A stretch of DNA of 64,000 bases, taken from the NCBI GenBank assembly GCA_963823665.1, contig CAWGMQ010000006.1, positions 96,001-160,000 of the forward strand. The letters run 5' to 3'. The notes under the pieces are model-generated. The model did not search any database. It was not told the origin of the DNA and worked only from the letters and a program-made list of their open reading frames with translations. Of the stretch, positions 1 to 10,794 are shown in pieces; the stretch's first letter is position 1; every line of letters starts with the position of its first letter. The position numbers and the translations under genes are program-made. The DNA is from an uncultured Planctomycetota bacterium. GTDB lineage: Bacteria; Planctomycetota; Planctomycetia; Isosphaerales; Isosphaeraceae.

Positions 1-1672
1 ACGCGGTGGGAGACCCGTGTATCCGATGAAGCAACGACTATGGTTCAACCCATGCGTCTGCGTTTGTTTGACGACCTCGACGGCGATGGCGCGCTCGATG
101 CCCTTGTCGTGTTTCCGCATTCCACGCCGGAGGGTCAGATTGAACACACGATGATGGCGGTTTCGCTTCGCGATGGGAAGCAATTGTGGTCGCAGCCTCT
201 TCGGTTCCTGGACCGTGTGATGATGCTCGGCGATGTCTGCGTGGGCGACCTTGATGGAGACAAACGGCCCGAGGTCGTCGCTCTCGAGGGGACTGGGGAG
301 GATGGCAAGAACGAGCTGGGAGTGCGCGTTTTCGACGGGCGAGACGGGAAGGTTCGCTGGGCGTGGACGTCGGGTTTCGTGCCGAATGAGACTCCGGCTG
401 GACAGTCGATCGTGCTGGCGAATCTCGATGGGGACGGTAAGCGGCAAGTGTGCGTGAGCTTTGTGACGCGGCGGCTGTTCGGAATCTCGCGCCGGGTGGT
501 GGTGCTGGATGGCAGCGGCAAGGAAAGGAAGCGCCGTGACATGGCGGAGGCCGTGCGCAGCGGTCTGGAGGCGTTTGACTGCAACGGTGACGGGCGTGAA
601 GAGCTGCTGGTGCTGGATGGGGATCTGCCGGAGGGGCGGCTCTGCGCGTGGGACCGTGAGCTGAAGGATCTCTGGACGTGGCCGGCGCGGTCGATCAAGG
701 CCAAACAGGCCGTATTTGATATGGATGAAATCCAGATGCAGATCGGGCGCGCCAGGATGATTGACCGGGTGATTCCACCGTCGGGTGGGCGGCCGGGTGA
801 AGTGATCCTGGCGCCGGCGATGGCGGTTCAACTCGCGACCGGGCGGCCGCTGTGGACGGGGCAGGCCGCGATCGTGCCGTCGGCTTCGCTGGATCTTTCA
901 GCCGCTGCATTTGCGCCCAAGCTGCTGGACCCTGGTGATTCAGGTCGCCCTTCGCTCTTGATCGGGAATGGCCTGGGTGCGACGGTGTGCCGCGAGGCAC
1001 TGCCCACGAACGCTGATGGTTTGATTGCGGCGCCTCGGGGACGGGTGTGGTCGCCCGTGCTTGCGCAGAACGCTGGACCCGCGCTGGACGAGGCCGCTTC
1101 CCTGGCGGGCGTGGCTCGAGGGGTTGTTCGGACCGAGGGCCTTTCTTGCGGCGGGGGGACTGGCACTCGTGAACGTGGTGCTGCCGCTGCTGTTCTTGCG
1201 GCTGGTGATTGGGCGGCGGCGGGCTTTTCGGATGTGGGCGCTGATGGTGGTGCCGGTGGCCGCTGTGGTACCGCTGATGGTTTTTCTCGGGCTGACGCCG
1301 TGGCTGCCGGTGGGGGAGCAGAAGTGGCTGGGCACACAGAATCGAGTGTTTCTGGTTGGGACGCTGGCGGGATTGCCGGTTGTGCTGGGGGTGTGGTGGG
1401 CCGTAGCGGCGGTGGTGCGAGGGACATGGAGACGGATCGCGGCGATGGTTGGGCTTGTGGTGATGGCGACGCTCCTGGTGGCGCGGGTGTGGATCTGGAT
1501 GGATCGGAAGGGGATGGCGCCGATCGAGCGTTATGGGTGGGAAGGGTGGGAGCTGGTGGTGATGGTGGGGGGGTATGGGGCGGCGGTTATTTGGGGGGTG
1601 GGGAGGATGGTGGTTGGGGTTCATGCGTGGGTTCTTCGGAGGAGGGCGTCGGGGGCTGGTGATGGGGTGTGA
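1..1672 (+). CDS. FG-GAP/PQQ-like beta-propeller membrane protein, array copy 1 (5'-truncated by window edge; frameshift ~1040-1075)
   Basis: ORF 40..1662 has repeated DLDGDG motifs and SLRDGKQLW/DGRDGKVRW motifs. It shifts into ORF 1025..1672 at the conserved DPRWTRPLPW motif, followed by several hydrophobic helices ending W-x-DRK..YGWEGW. Confidence 0.85.
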
Positions 1673-1681
1673 GGGGGGGCG

Positions 1682-1727
1682 GGAGTAGGAGTAGGAGTAG
1701 GAGTAGTAGTAGTAGTAGGAGTAAGAT
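1682..1727 (+). repeat. Hexamer/trimer simple repeat (GGAGTA)4 then (GTA)n
   Basis: Read directly just after the copy 1 stop codon. Confidence 0.9.
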
Positions 1728-1803
1728 GAAGGACGCGCTTTCGGGGTTGGCGCCGTGAGTGTGGGCGCGGGGACGGGCGCTGAGCAGGGAGGCATTGACT
1801 GTG

Positions 1804-4800
1804 ATGGAGCAGCGAGACAACAGGGATGGATGGGTCTCGTGGAGGTTGTGCGCGATCAGGGCAGCGGTGCGCTGGTTGGTGGGGGTTGCTCGCGGCCGCG
1901 CGGTGGCGGTCCCGCATGCGCTTGTTGGGGCGGCTATGTTGGCGGTCGTGCTTGGGGGGTGGCGGATTCATGCGGAATGGAGGGTGGGGCGAATTGAGTT
2001 TATGACTGGGGGGGAGCCGGTGGTGGCTCAGGTGCTCGAGGAAAACTCGGACCACGCGGTCGGGGAGCCGTTTGATCTGGCGGGGCGGGTGGTGGTTGGT
2101 CTGCCGGAGGGAGAGTATCGGCTGCGGGTGGAGGGGACGGGAAGACTCGGGCGGACTTTTCGATTTGCGGTCGTTCGGGGGCAGACACAACGTTACTCGG
2201 TTTCGATCGACGAGGGGCGGCTGCTCCGGGGCGAGGAACGCCCGAGGAGCCGGGTGGGGATCCGATTTGCCGAGCTCTCCGCGGCGCTTGAGCTGACGCC
2301 GGGAAAGGCCGACTTGATCGAGTGGACGTCTGCGAAGACCTTGATCTGTCGCGACGGCGTCAGTAGCGACGTGCGGTGGGATGCTGCGTGGGCCGTGAGA
2401 CCGCGGGACGGCGCGTTTGATGCGATTGGATGGCTGCGCACGAATACCTCGTGGGGGGAAGGCGGTGCCGGGCTCCTCGAGGGAGCGCCCGACTTGAACG
2501 GCGACGGGACCGGTGATCTGGTGTGGTACTCCGGACGCGAAGCGGAATTGCTTGCTGTTTCCGGCAAGGACGGGTCGACGCTTTGGCGGTACCGGGAACG
2601 TAGCGGGACCGAGCTTTCGTCGAGCAGCCGCAGTGCCGGCGCGCCGGCAATCCTGGATGTGGATGGGGACGGCGCGGCGGATGTCGTTGCCACATTCTTT
2701 GGTTATGGGTCTTCGGATGATCGGTTCGTCGTCTCCGCGATCTCGGGGCGAACAGGGCGGCGGCTCTGGACTTACCCGCGCGACGGTGCGATGAGCGATC
2801 CCTCGCGCGTAGCGCGGGAACGGCCGACTGTGGTGGTAAAGGGGCTGCGCTCGACGTTGATCGCCTACGTCGATGGGACGCGATGGCTGGGCCTCGATCC
2901 GGTGAGGGGGCGGGTGCAGGCGGAGCCGATCGAGCTTGGATTCATCCCGGTTCGCCCGGTGCAGCACGCGGATCTGGATGGCGACGGCGAACCGGAAGTG
3001 ATTGCGCTTGGGCCCGGGCCGACAGGGACGCAGCGGACTCTGCGCACCTTCTCGATCAAGAATGCACGCGAGCTCTGGGTTCAGACGGTGGATGGTGGCT
3101 ATGACCAATCGGAGCGCGGCGTGCCTTCCGGCGATCGCCCGCTGGCGGTGGATCTAGACGGTGATGGACGATCCGAAATCGTGGTGAGCGACTCGGGCGC
3201 GATGCCGCCCCTGGATGGCTATCGGGGAGTGCGGTTGCTTGACGGGCGTGCGGGCACGACGCGGTGGCGCCGGCCGCTGCGGCCTGAGACTTCGGCAAAG
3301 GATGGGCTCGCGCAACTCGTCGCCGCGCCTGATCTCGACGGAGATGGCACGCGCGAGCTGATCGCGGTCTCGCTGTTTGACGGCCGGGATCCGCCGGCGG
3401 CTCCCAGGAATCCGGAAGATCGGCGCATTTATGTCGATGCGATATCTGGAAAGTACGGACGCTCGCTCTGGGTGTGGAACCGCGGGCTGCCGGTGGCGAC
3501 GTTCACGCGGATCTGGGCGCCGCAGTGGTGGGGGCTTGGTCGTGACGGGCTGCCGATGCTTGCTCTCGCAATCGGCGGGAGCGCCCCGCCTCGGCTGGGT
3601 GAAATCGCTGGAATGTCGAGCACGCCATCCGAGCGTTCTGCCGAGCCGGAGGTCCATATGCTCGAGGCGTCGACGGGTGCGGAACGACATCGCGTACCGG
3701 GTCTGGCACGAGTGAGAATCGCCGATCTGGACGGTGATGGGCTGGCCGATCTGTGGGGTGATGTTGAAGGGGAGCTGCGAGCTTTTCGCGGGGAGATGCC
3801 GGAAGCCTGGCGGGCGCTGGGACGGTTCAGTCCGGCGGGTTCCTTGTATCTGTGGCCGAACGGAGTCGAATATCCTGCGGTTGATCTGGATGAGGACGGC
3901 GTCGCGGATACGCTCAGCGAGCCCGAGATCGCGGGCTTTCTCGAGCGCGAGGCGGAGCGATGCCACGTCGCGGTGGCGCGGTCGGGGCGCGACGGGCACG
4001 TCATCTGGAAGACGGCGCTCGATCCGTGGGATCACTGGTCGGACTCGAAGTGCAGGGACTGGTACGAGCTCGAGGCGCTGGGATCGGAAGCTGGTGATCT
4101 CGACGGGGACGGCACCGCCGACGTCATTGCCCGGAGACTGATTTGGGAAGCGCCAAGCCGTGGGTCGGAGCCGTTGAGCGCCGTGCCATTGCAGCTTCTT
4201 TCGGGCCGGACGGGGGCGCGGCTGTGGGCGGCTGGGCCGTTGCCGTCGGGCATCCAGGCGCAGGTCTACAATGGGGGGTTCTGGGCGCAGGCTTGTGCGG
4301 TGGAACGGGGGAGCAGGCCCGATCTGATCGTACGGCACCACGCCAGGCCGGCGAAGGCGGTGCCTGGGCTGACCGCGGTTCGGATGCCGGGTCGAGCGAG
4401 CCTGGCGCGGATCTCGGGACGGGACGGTCGCGTGCGTTGGGAGATCGCGCTGGCGGAGCAGGTCCAGGATTACGCGTACACGGGAATTCCGCCGCTGCAT
4501 TTCGGGGATCTCAACGGGGATGGCGCACTGGACGGGCTGGTGCTGCTCGAATCGGTGCACGTTGCGGACGAATCGGACTACCGGCTTCAGGCCATCTCGC
4601 TGCGCGACGGCGCGCGGCTCTGGACGCGGCCGATGCACTGCGATCGGTATTACGACGCCGAGTATGGTGCTGCTGATATCGATGGTGACGGGCGGCCCGA
4701 TGTCGCGATTCTCGAGGTCTATCCGATTGGCGATCAGTTTGCCGCGGAGGTGCGGGTGCTGGGTGGGCGCGATGGAGCGACTCGTTGGACCTGGAAGCCG

Positions 4801-5989
4801 GAGGCCGCGTTTCATCCGGATCGGCCCAAGTCGCTAGCGCTCGCGGATTTCGCGGGGGACGGCAGCACGGATGTGTGCGCTTGCTTCCGGGCGCGGAATG
4901 GATCTGTGCGGATCGTGGTGCTCGATGGGAACGGTCACGAACACGTGCGCCTGGATGTTGATGGAGACAAATACCCGAGTTTGAAGGCCGCGGACGTCAA
5001 TGGCGATGGGCGTGACGAGCTGATCGTCTGGTTTGGCGGGAAGCTTCACGCGCTCGATCGCGACTTGAACGAGGTCTGGTCATCGGCGACGCGATCGACG
5101 AGAGTCGAGAAGATTCTGGCACCGTCGGAGAATGGCAGGCCGGCGGCTGTGTTCATCAAGCCGGCGGTCGCCATTGATGGAGCCACGGGTCGGCCAAAGT
5201 GGAAGGGGCAGGCTCGATTCGACGATGATTTCGGGCCGTTCGTTCCTGACGTGCTGGACGCGGGCGCGGCGAATCGGGGGATGCCGCTCTTGATCGGCGA
5301 TGGCCTGGGTGCGACGGTGTGCCGGACGGCGATGGGGATGGATTCGGAGGGTGGGAGTGTGGCGGCTGCGGGTCTGCGGGTCGAGCCTGCGCGTCCTGAC
5401 GATGACCCGCGTTGGCGGAGGCCGTTGCCGTGGTTCAGGGGGCTCACGGGAGTGCTGGGGCCGTGGGGCTTTCTTGGGGCTTTTGGCCTGGCGCTCTTGA
5501 ACGTGGGAGTGCCGGTCCTGATCCTGCGCGGTGTGCGGGGGGCGGCGGGCCTTCCGGATGTGGGCGCTCATGATGGTGCCGGTTGTCGCCACAGTGCCGC
5601 TCCTGGTGTTTCTGACATTCTCGCGGCAGATGCCGGTGATGGGTGCCCGGGGCTTGCTCGGGTCTGGGGAGCGCATTTTTCTGATTGGCACGCTTGCTGG
5701 TTTGCCGATGGTTTGGTGTTTTTGTAGTTTGGGGGCGTGTCTGGCTCGAAGGCGCTGGCGGCCGGTTCTGGCACTGGCCGGGCTGGGTTTGGTTGGGACA
5801 GCGGCGATCGCGGCGGTTTGGATCTGGGTGGACAGGAAGTTGATGGCGGGGAGCGAGCATTATGGGTGGGAGGGATGGGGGCTGGTGTTTTTGGTGGGGG
5901 CTTATGTTGCTGCGGTGATGTGGGGGGTGGGGATTGCGGTTGGTGGGTGGATTCAGGGATTGAACAGAAGGGGGCGTTGGAGTTTATAG
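1804..5989 (+). CDS. FG-GAP/PQQ-like beta-propeller membrane protein, array copy 2 (frameshift ~5540)
   Basis: ORFs 1759..5727 and 5531..5989. GGGAGG precedes GTG1801/ATG1804. N-terminal TM, LPEGEYRLRV (PEGA-like) segment, about a dozen Dx[DN]GDG motifs and C-terminal TM helices. The shift sits at a G6/CGG run. Confidence 0.85.
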
Positions 5990-6002
5990 ATGGGCTCGGA
6001 GT

Positions 6003-6031
6003 TTGAACAGAAGGGAACAAAGATAACGAAG
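6003..6031 (+). repeat. Purine-rich dispersed repeat TTGAACAGAAGGGAACGAAG(A/T)TAACGAAG, copy after array gene 2
   Basis: Near-identical to copies at 21383, 35413 and 41176; degenerate copy at 26045; partial copy at ~5960. Confidence 0.85.
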
Positions 6032-6153
6032 GGGGGAGAGGCGGCGATGCGAGCCGTGGGGGCGGTGATCTGGGTGGTGGGGAGGGCGGGGTCGCAGGCT
6101 GGCGTGGATGATCACGCGGTTTCGGTGGGCGTTTTCGGCGGGCGGTGCGCGCA

Positions 6154-9100
6154 ATGAATATCGACAATATGAACATGGGATGGTGGGTTTTACCCACCCT
6201 ACGGACGCTGGGGCGCCGGCGGAGGGAGATTGTCTGGGCGATGGTTGGTTGCGCGATCACTGTGCTTTTGATCGCAGGATGGGGGTTGGGTTCGTACTGG
6301 CGGATGGGGAGCGTTGTGCTCACCGCGGCGGGGGACGCGGTTGTGGTGCAGGTGCTCGAGGACGGGAGCGACCGGCCGGTCGGCGGGCCGGTGGGATTGG
6401 TGGATCGTGCGGTCATTGCGCTGCCGGCGGGTGAGTATCGGCTTCGGGTGAATGGCAAAGGAAAAGTGGGGCGTACGTTTCGGTTTTCGGTCAACCGCGG
6501 GGAGACGCTTGCGCATTCGATTTCGATTGATGAAGGGCGGCTGATAGGTGGCGGCACGGAGGAGGAACCGGGAGAGTTCGGCAAGAAGAGAAGACTGAAC
6601 ATGCCGATCGCGTACGCGGAGAACACGCATGCGATTGAACTGATTCCGGGCAAGTTCGATCTGATTGAGTGCTCGGAAAAAGCGGTGGTGTGCCGGGACG
6701 GGGCCAGCGGACGAGTGCGCTGGGACACTGCGCATCCTCTGAGCCCGTTCGACGCGAAACGGGATCCGTCGCGGTGGCTTTCGGCTCTTTCGCCCACGGA
6801 TTGGAATACGGGCGTGGTGGAACCGGCGGTTGATCTCGACGGCGACGGCGTGCGTGACTGCGTTCTTTACTTTCACAAGGGCCTTGCGTTCGTTGCGCTC
6901 TCGGGCCGCGACGGGGGCATGCTCTGGAATCATGTCCCTGAGGTTGATTGGCCAGAACCGGCGCGGAGGCAGGGCGAGCTTGTCGGAAATCCCTCGATGC
7001 TGGATGTCGATCACGACGGCACGCTGGACCTGGTGGCGACGATCGCGTTTTCCGGCGGGACCAGTCTGAAGACCGGCGACACGGTGGTCAGGCGTATTGC
7101 GGTGGCGATTTCCGGTCGGACTGGATCGCGCCTGTGGGCTTTCGCGCTCGATCCGGGGTTCAGGAAGGTATCGGAGAGAGCCAGTGCGCGCGAGGCGATG
7201 GTGGTGCGCGGGGGGCGGTCGACGGTGATTGGCTTCGTGACCGGAACGCGATGGTTCGGGCTGGACCGGGCGGGGGGTGATGTGCAATCCGGACCGATTG
7301 ACCTGGGATTCGAGCCCGAGGGAGCGATTCAGCACGTCGATCTGGATGGCGATGGAGTGCTCGAGATCCTGGCGCTAGAGCGTGGCGGTACGGAAACGAC
7401 GAAGGTGTTGCATGCGATTTCCGTCGAGTCGGAACGCGAGCTGTGGGCCGAGGAGGTCGGGCCGATCGCCGACGAAGCCACACCGAATCGGTCGCCATTC
7501 CAGACACTGATGCCGGATGGGCCGTTTGTCAAATGGCCGGTCGCTGTGGATCTGGATGGTGACGCCGGCGCCGAGATTTTGGTACCGGACGAGGGCCCTC
7601 TGCCGCGGAGCGCGGGTTATCGCGGGGTGCGGCTGATCGACGGCCGGACGGGAGGTACGCGGTGGCGGCGGCCGATGCGGTTGCAGACGCCTAACTCGGA
7701 CGGAGTGACTGATGCGGTGGTGGCGCCCGACCTGGACGGCGACGGCAGGCGCGACGTGATCATCGTCTCGCGATACCGCGGCCGCGAGGACATTCCGCCC
7801 TTGCGAGTGACTTTTGGGCCGGCGGCGCCGGAGCGGGTGTTCGTAGATGCGGTGTCGGGGAAGGATGGCCACGCATTGTGGTGCTGGCACGCGGAGCTGC
7901 CTACGTCGAAAAGCTCGCAGATCCACGCCCCGTTGTGGTGGGGGCGAGGGCCTGATGGCTGGCCGATGCTGGCGCTGCCGCTGGGGGGGATCGAAGACGC
8001 GCCCTTCGCGGACAGCGAGTCGTTTGCCGAGCCGGTCGTGCACGTGATCGAGGCGTCGACGGGTCGCGAGCGGCACAGGGTGCCCGGGCTCGCTCGAGCG
8101 GTCGCCGCCGATCTGGACGGTGACGGGCTCGCTGATCTCTGGGGCGAGGTCGACGGTGAGCTGCGCGCGTTTCGCGGCGAGGCGCCGGAAGCCTGGCGGG
8201 CCTTGGGGCGATTCGATCCGGCGGGTGCGGACGAAACGGCCGATGCATCATCCCCCTTCGCCATGGACCCGTTCGAGATGGACCCGGAATTCACGTCCCT
8301 GACTGACTTACAGGGAAACCGGACGATCGACTTCGACGGCGACGGGGTTACTGATGTGCTCATCGGTGGGATGGCAGTGCCCCGCGCGGGCGAGGACGCC
8401 ACGACCGGCAGTCATATCGTGATGGTGCGTTCCGGACGTGACGGCCGTGTGATCTGGAAGACCGGCATCAGTCCTCTTGGAAGCTGGGTTGATCCGAGCA
8501 TCGGCGATGGCTATGCGCTGAGCGCGTTTCCGCTGCCCGAGGGTGATTTGAACGGCGACGGAACGCCCGATGTGATTGTCGAGAAGCGGCCGGGGAGCGG
8601 ACGCATGCGAGGGGGCGTGTTGCCTGATCTGGAAGTCGAAGTGCTTTCGGGCGCACCGGCGGCCGGCTGTTCTCGGCGCCGCTTTCGTCGGGGGTCCCGA
8701 TCATGATGAGCGCTCGCCGCGAACGGATGATCGAGCCCGTTGTTATCGAGCCGAACGGGAAACCGGATTTGATCATTCGCTGCGATGAGAACAATCGACC
8801 GAAGATGGCGCGAATTTCGGGACGCAATGGCCGGCTCGTCTGGGAGGCTCCGCTCGTCGATGACGCGACTGTCTCCCTGCAGAATGGTGCGCCGATCTTG
8901 TTCGACGAAGTTAATGGTGACGGCGTTCTCGATGCCCTGTTCGTGAAGACGCAGACGTCGTCGAGCGACTCGACCGAGTGTGTTCTGCGTGTGATCTCAC
9001 TGCGCGACGGCAAGCAAATCTGGTCGCAACCGGTTGGTCTGATCGGGGAACATCAAGGCTTCGGTGATTTCTGTGCGGGTGATCTGGACGGAGACGCGCT

Positions 9101-10511
9101 GCCTGAGGTTGTGGTCCTCGAAGCGCGCGGAGACCGAGGGCAAGGGAACGAGGCGGTGCAAGTTCGCGCCCTTGACGGGCGCGATGGAAAGACCCGGTGG
9201 ACGTGGAAGTCCGGGGTGGCAACGCAATCGATCGTGGGGGAAGCCTCCGTCGCTCTGGTGGATCTCGATGGAGACGTTGCGCGTGAGGTCTGTGTGGGTT
9301 TCTGCATTTCCGAAGAGCGCGATACCAAGGGTGGCGTGGTTGTGCTCGAGGGCAATGGGAAGGAGCGGACACGCCGCGGTTTGAACTCGGCATTACGGGG
9401 CGGGCTCCGCGGGATCGATCTGGATGGCGATGGACGCGATGAGTTGTTGTTCGTCAATAGCGATCTATCGAGCGGGCAGGTTCATGCCTGGCGAGGCGAC
9501 CTGAAGAACCTCTGGAGGTGGCCGGAGGGATCGGACACGACCGGGCTGTTGTGGATGAATACGCGTGAGCTGGAGCCTCGGCGCGAAGTATCGGTTGGGA
9601 TCGATCGGATTATTCCGTCGCCCGGTAAGCGGCGGGCTGCGGTCTTGATCACCACCAACTTGGCCGGGATCGACGGGTCGAGCGGAAAGCCTTTGTGGAC
9701 GGGGCAGCAGGCGCTCGTGACGCAATGGCCGCAGGTCGAGCCCCGGCTGCTTGATGCGGGCGACATTTCACGCCGAGCGCTCACTGTTGCGAGTGGCTCG
9801 GGCTCGGATGTGGCGGTGTGCCGCGCAACCGTGCCGCTGATGGAACGAGGGAGAAACGCGGTGATTTCGGGACGCCTGGCAAAGGGCGGCGGGGTGTTCG
9901 ACGATCCGCGCTGGACCAGGCCGCTTCCCTGGCTGCCGTGGTGCACCCGGATCCTTCGAACGAGGCTGAGTGTGGTTTTCCCGGGTCTGGCGTGTGTGAA
10001 CCTGATCTTGCCGGGAATGATCCTGTGGCTCCTGTTCGGGAGGCGGCGGGCGTTCCGGATGTGGGCGCTCATGGTGGCGCCCGCGGTGGTCGCGATTCCG
10101 CTCCTGTGTTACCTGAACCTGGCGCCGTGGCTGCCGGTTTCGAATGAGAAATGGCTTTCGACGGGAAACCGCGTGTTCGTGACAGGGACGGTGGCAGGAG
10201 TGCCGGTTGTGTTCGGAGCGATTGCGGTCGTTGCGGCGCTCTTGCGCAGGCGATGGAGAGCGATTGGTGCGATGGGGGGGATTGTGGTCGTGGCGACGAT
10301 GTTGGTGGCGGGAGGGTGGGTCTGGGTTGATCGGAAATCGATGGCGGTGGGGTTCGAGTATTATGGGTGGGAGGGATGGGGGTTGGTGTTTCTGGTGGGG
10401 GCTTATGTGGCGGCTGTGGTTTGGGGGGTGGGGAGGGTGATTCTGGGGATGCGCGGGTGGGTTCGGAGGAGGGGTCGGGGGGTGGTGAGGGGTGAGCGGG
10501 AGAGGGAGTAG
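6154..10511 (+). CDS. FG-GAP/PQQ-like beta-propeller membrane protein, array copy 3 (frameshift ~8652)
   Basis: ORFs 6145..8706 and 8703..10511 have the same architecture. Adding one base at TCGGGCGCACC restores the conserved VLSGRTG. Confidence 0.85.
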
Positions 10512-10527
10512 GAGTGAGAATAAGAAC

Positions 10528-10599
10528 AAGATTAAGATTAAGATTAGGATTAAGATTAGGATTAAGATTAGGATTAAGATTAGGATTAAGATTAGGATT
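10528..10599 (+). repeat. Microsatellite (A[A/G]GATT)12, mostly alternating AAGATT/AGGATT
   Basis: Counted directly; degenerate hexamers flank it on both sides. Confidence 0.95.
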
Positions 10600-10673
10600 C
10601 GGATCAGGATGAAGATGGATGCGGCGGTTTGGGGATGAGCGTTGTGTGTGGGCGGTGGGGCGGTGGGGCGGGT

Positions 10674-10742
10674 ATCGGGCTTACGGCCGAGGTTGGAGGA
10701 CTGGCGTCCCGTCCGAACCACGCACTGACGGGCGTGGTCGTG
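10674..10742 (+). promoter_or_regulatory. Conserved 69-nt upstream element (candidate structured leader or promoter), copy A
   Basis: Two mismatches versus 21608-21676. Contains the inverted repeat ACCACGC(10717-23)/GCGTGGT(10732-38) and GGAC..GTCC. Confidence 0.5.
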
Positions 10743-10794
10743 GGGGTCACTGGCGTGGTCGTGGGGTTTACTACGGCGAGGGCTCATTTGCGAG

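Noticed and set aside
10528..10599. Telomere-like repeat or a real poly-(IL) peptide (ORF 9768..10820)
   Set aside because: The tract is internal and intergenic, and no telomerase-like enzyme is visible; the peptide is an antisense translation of the microsatellite.
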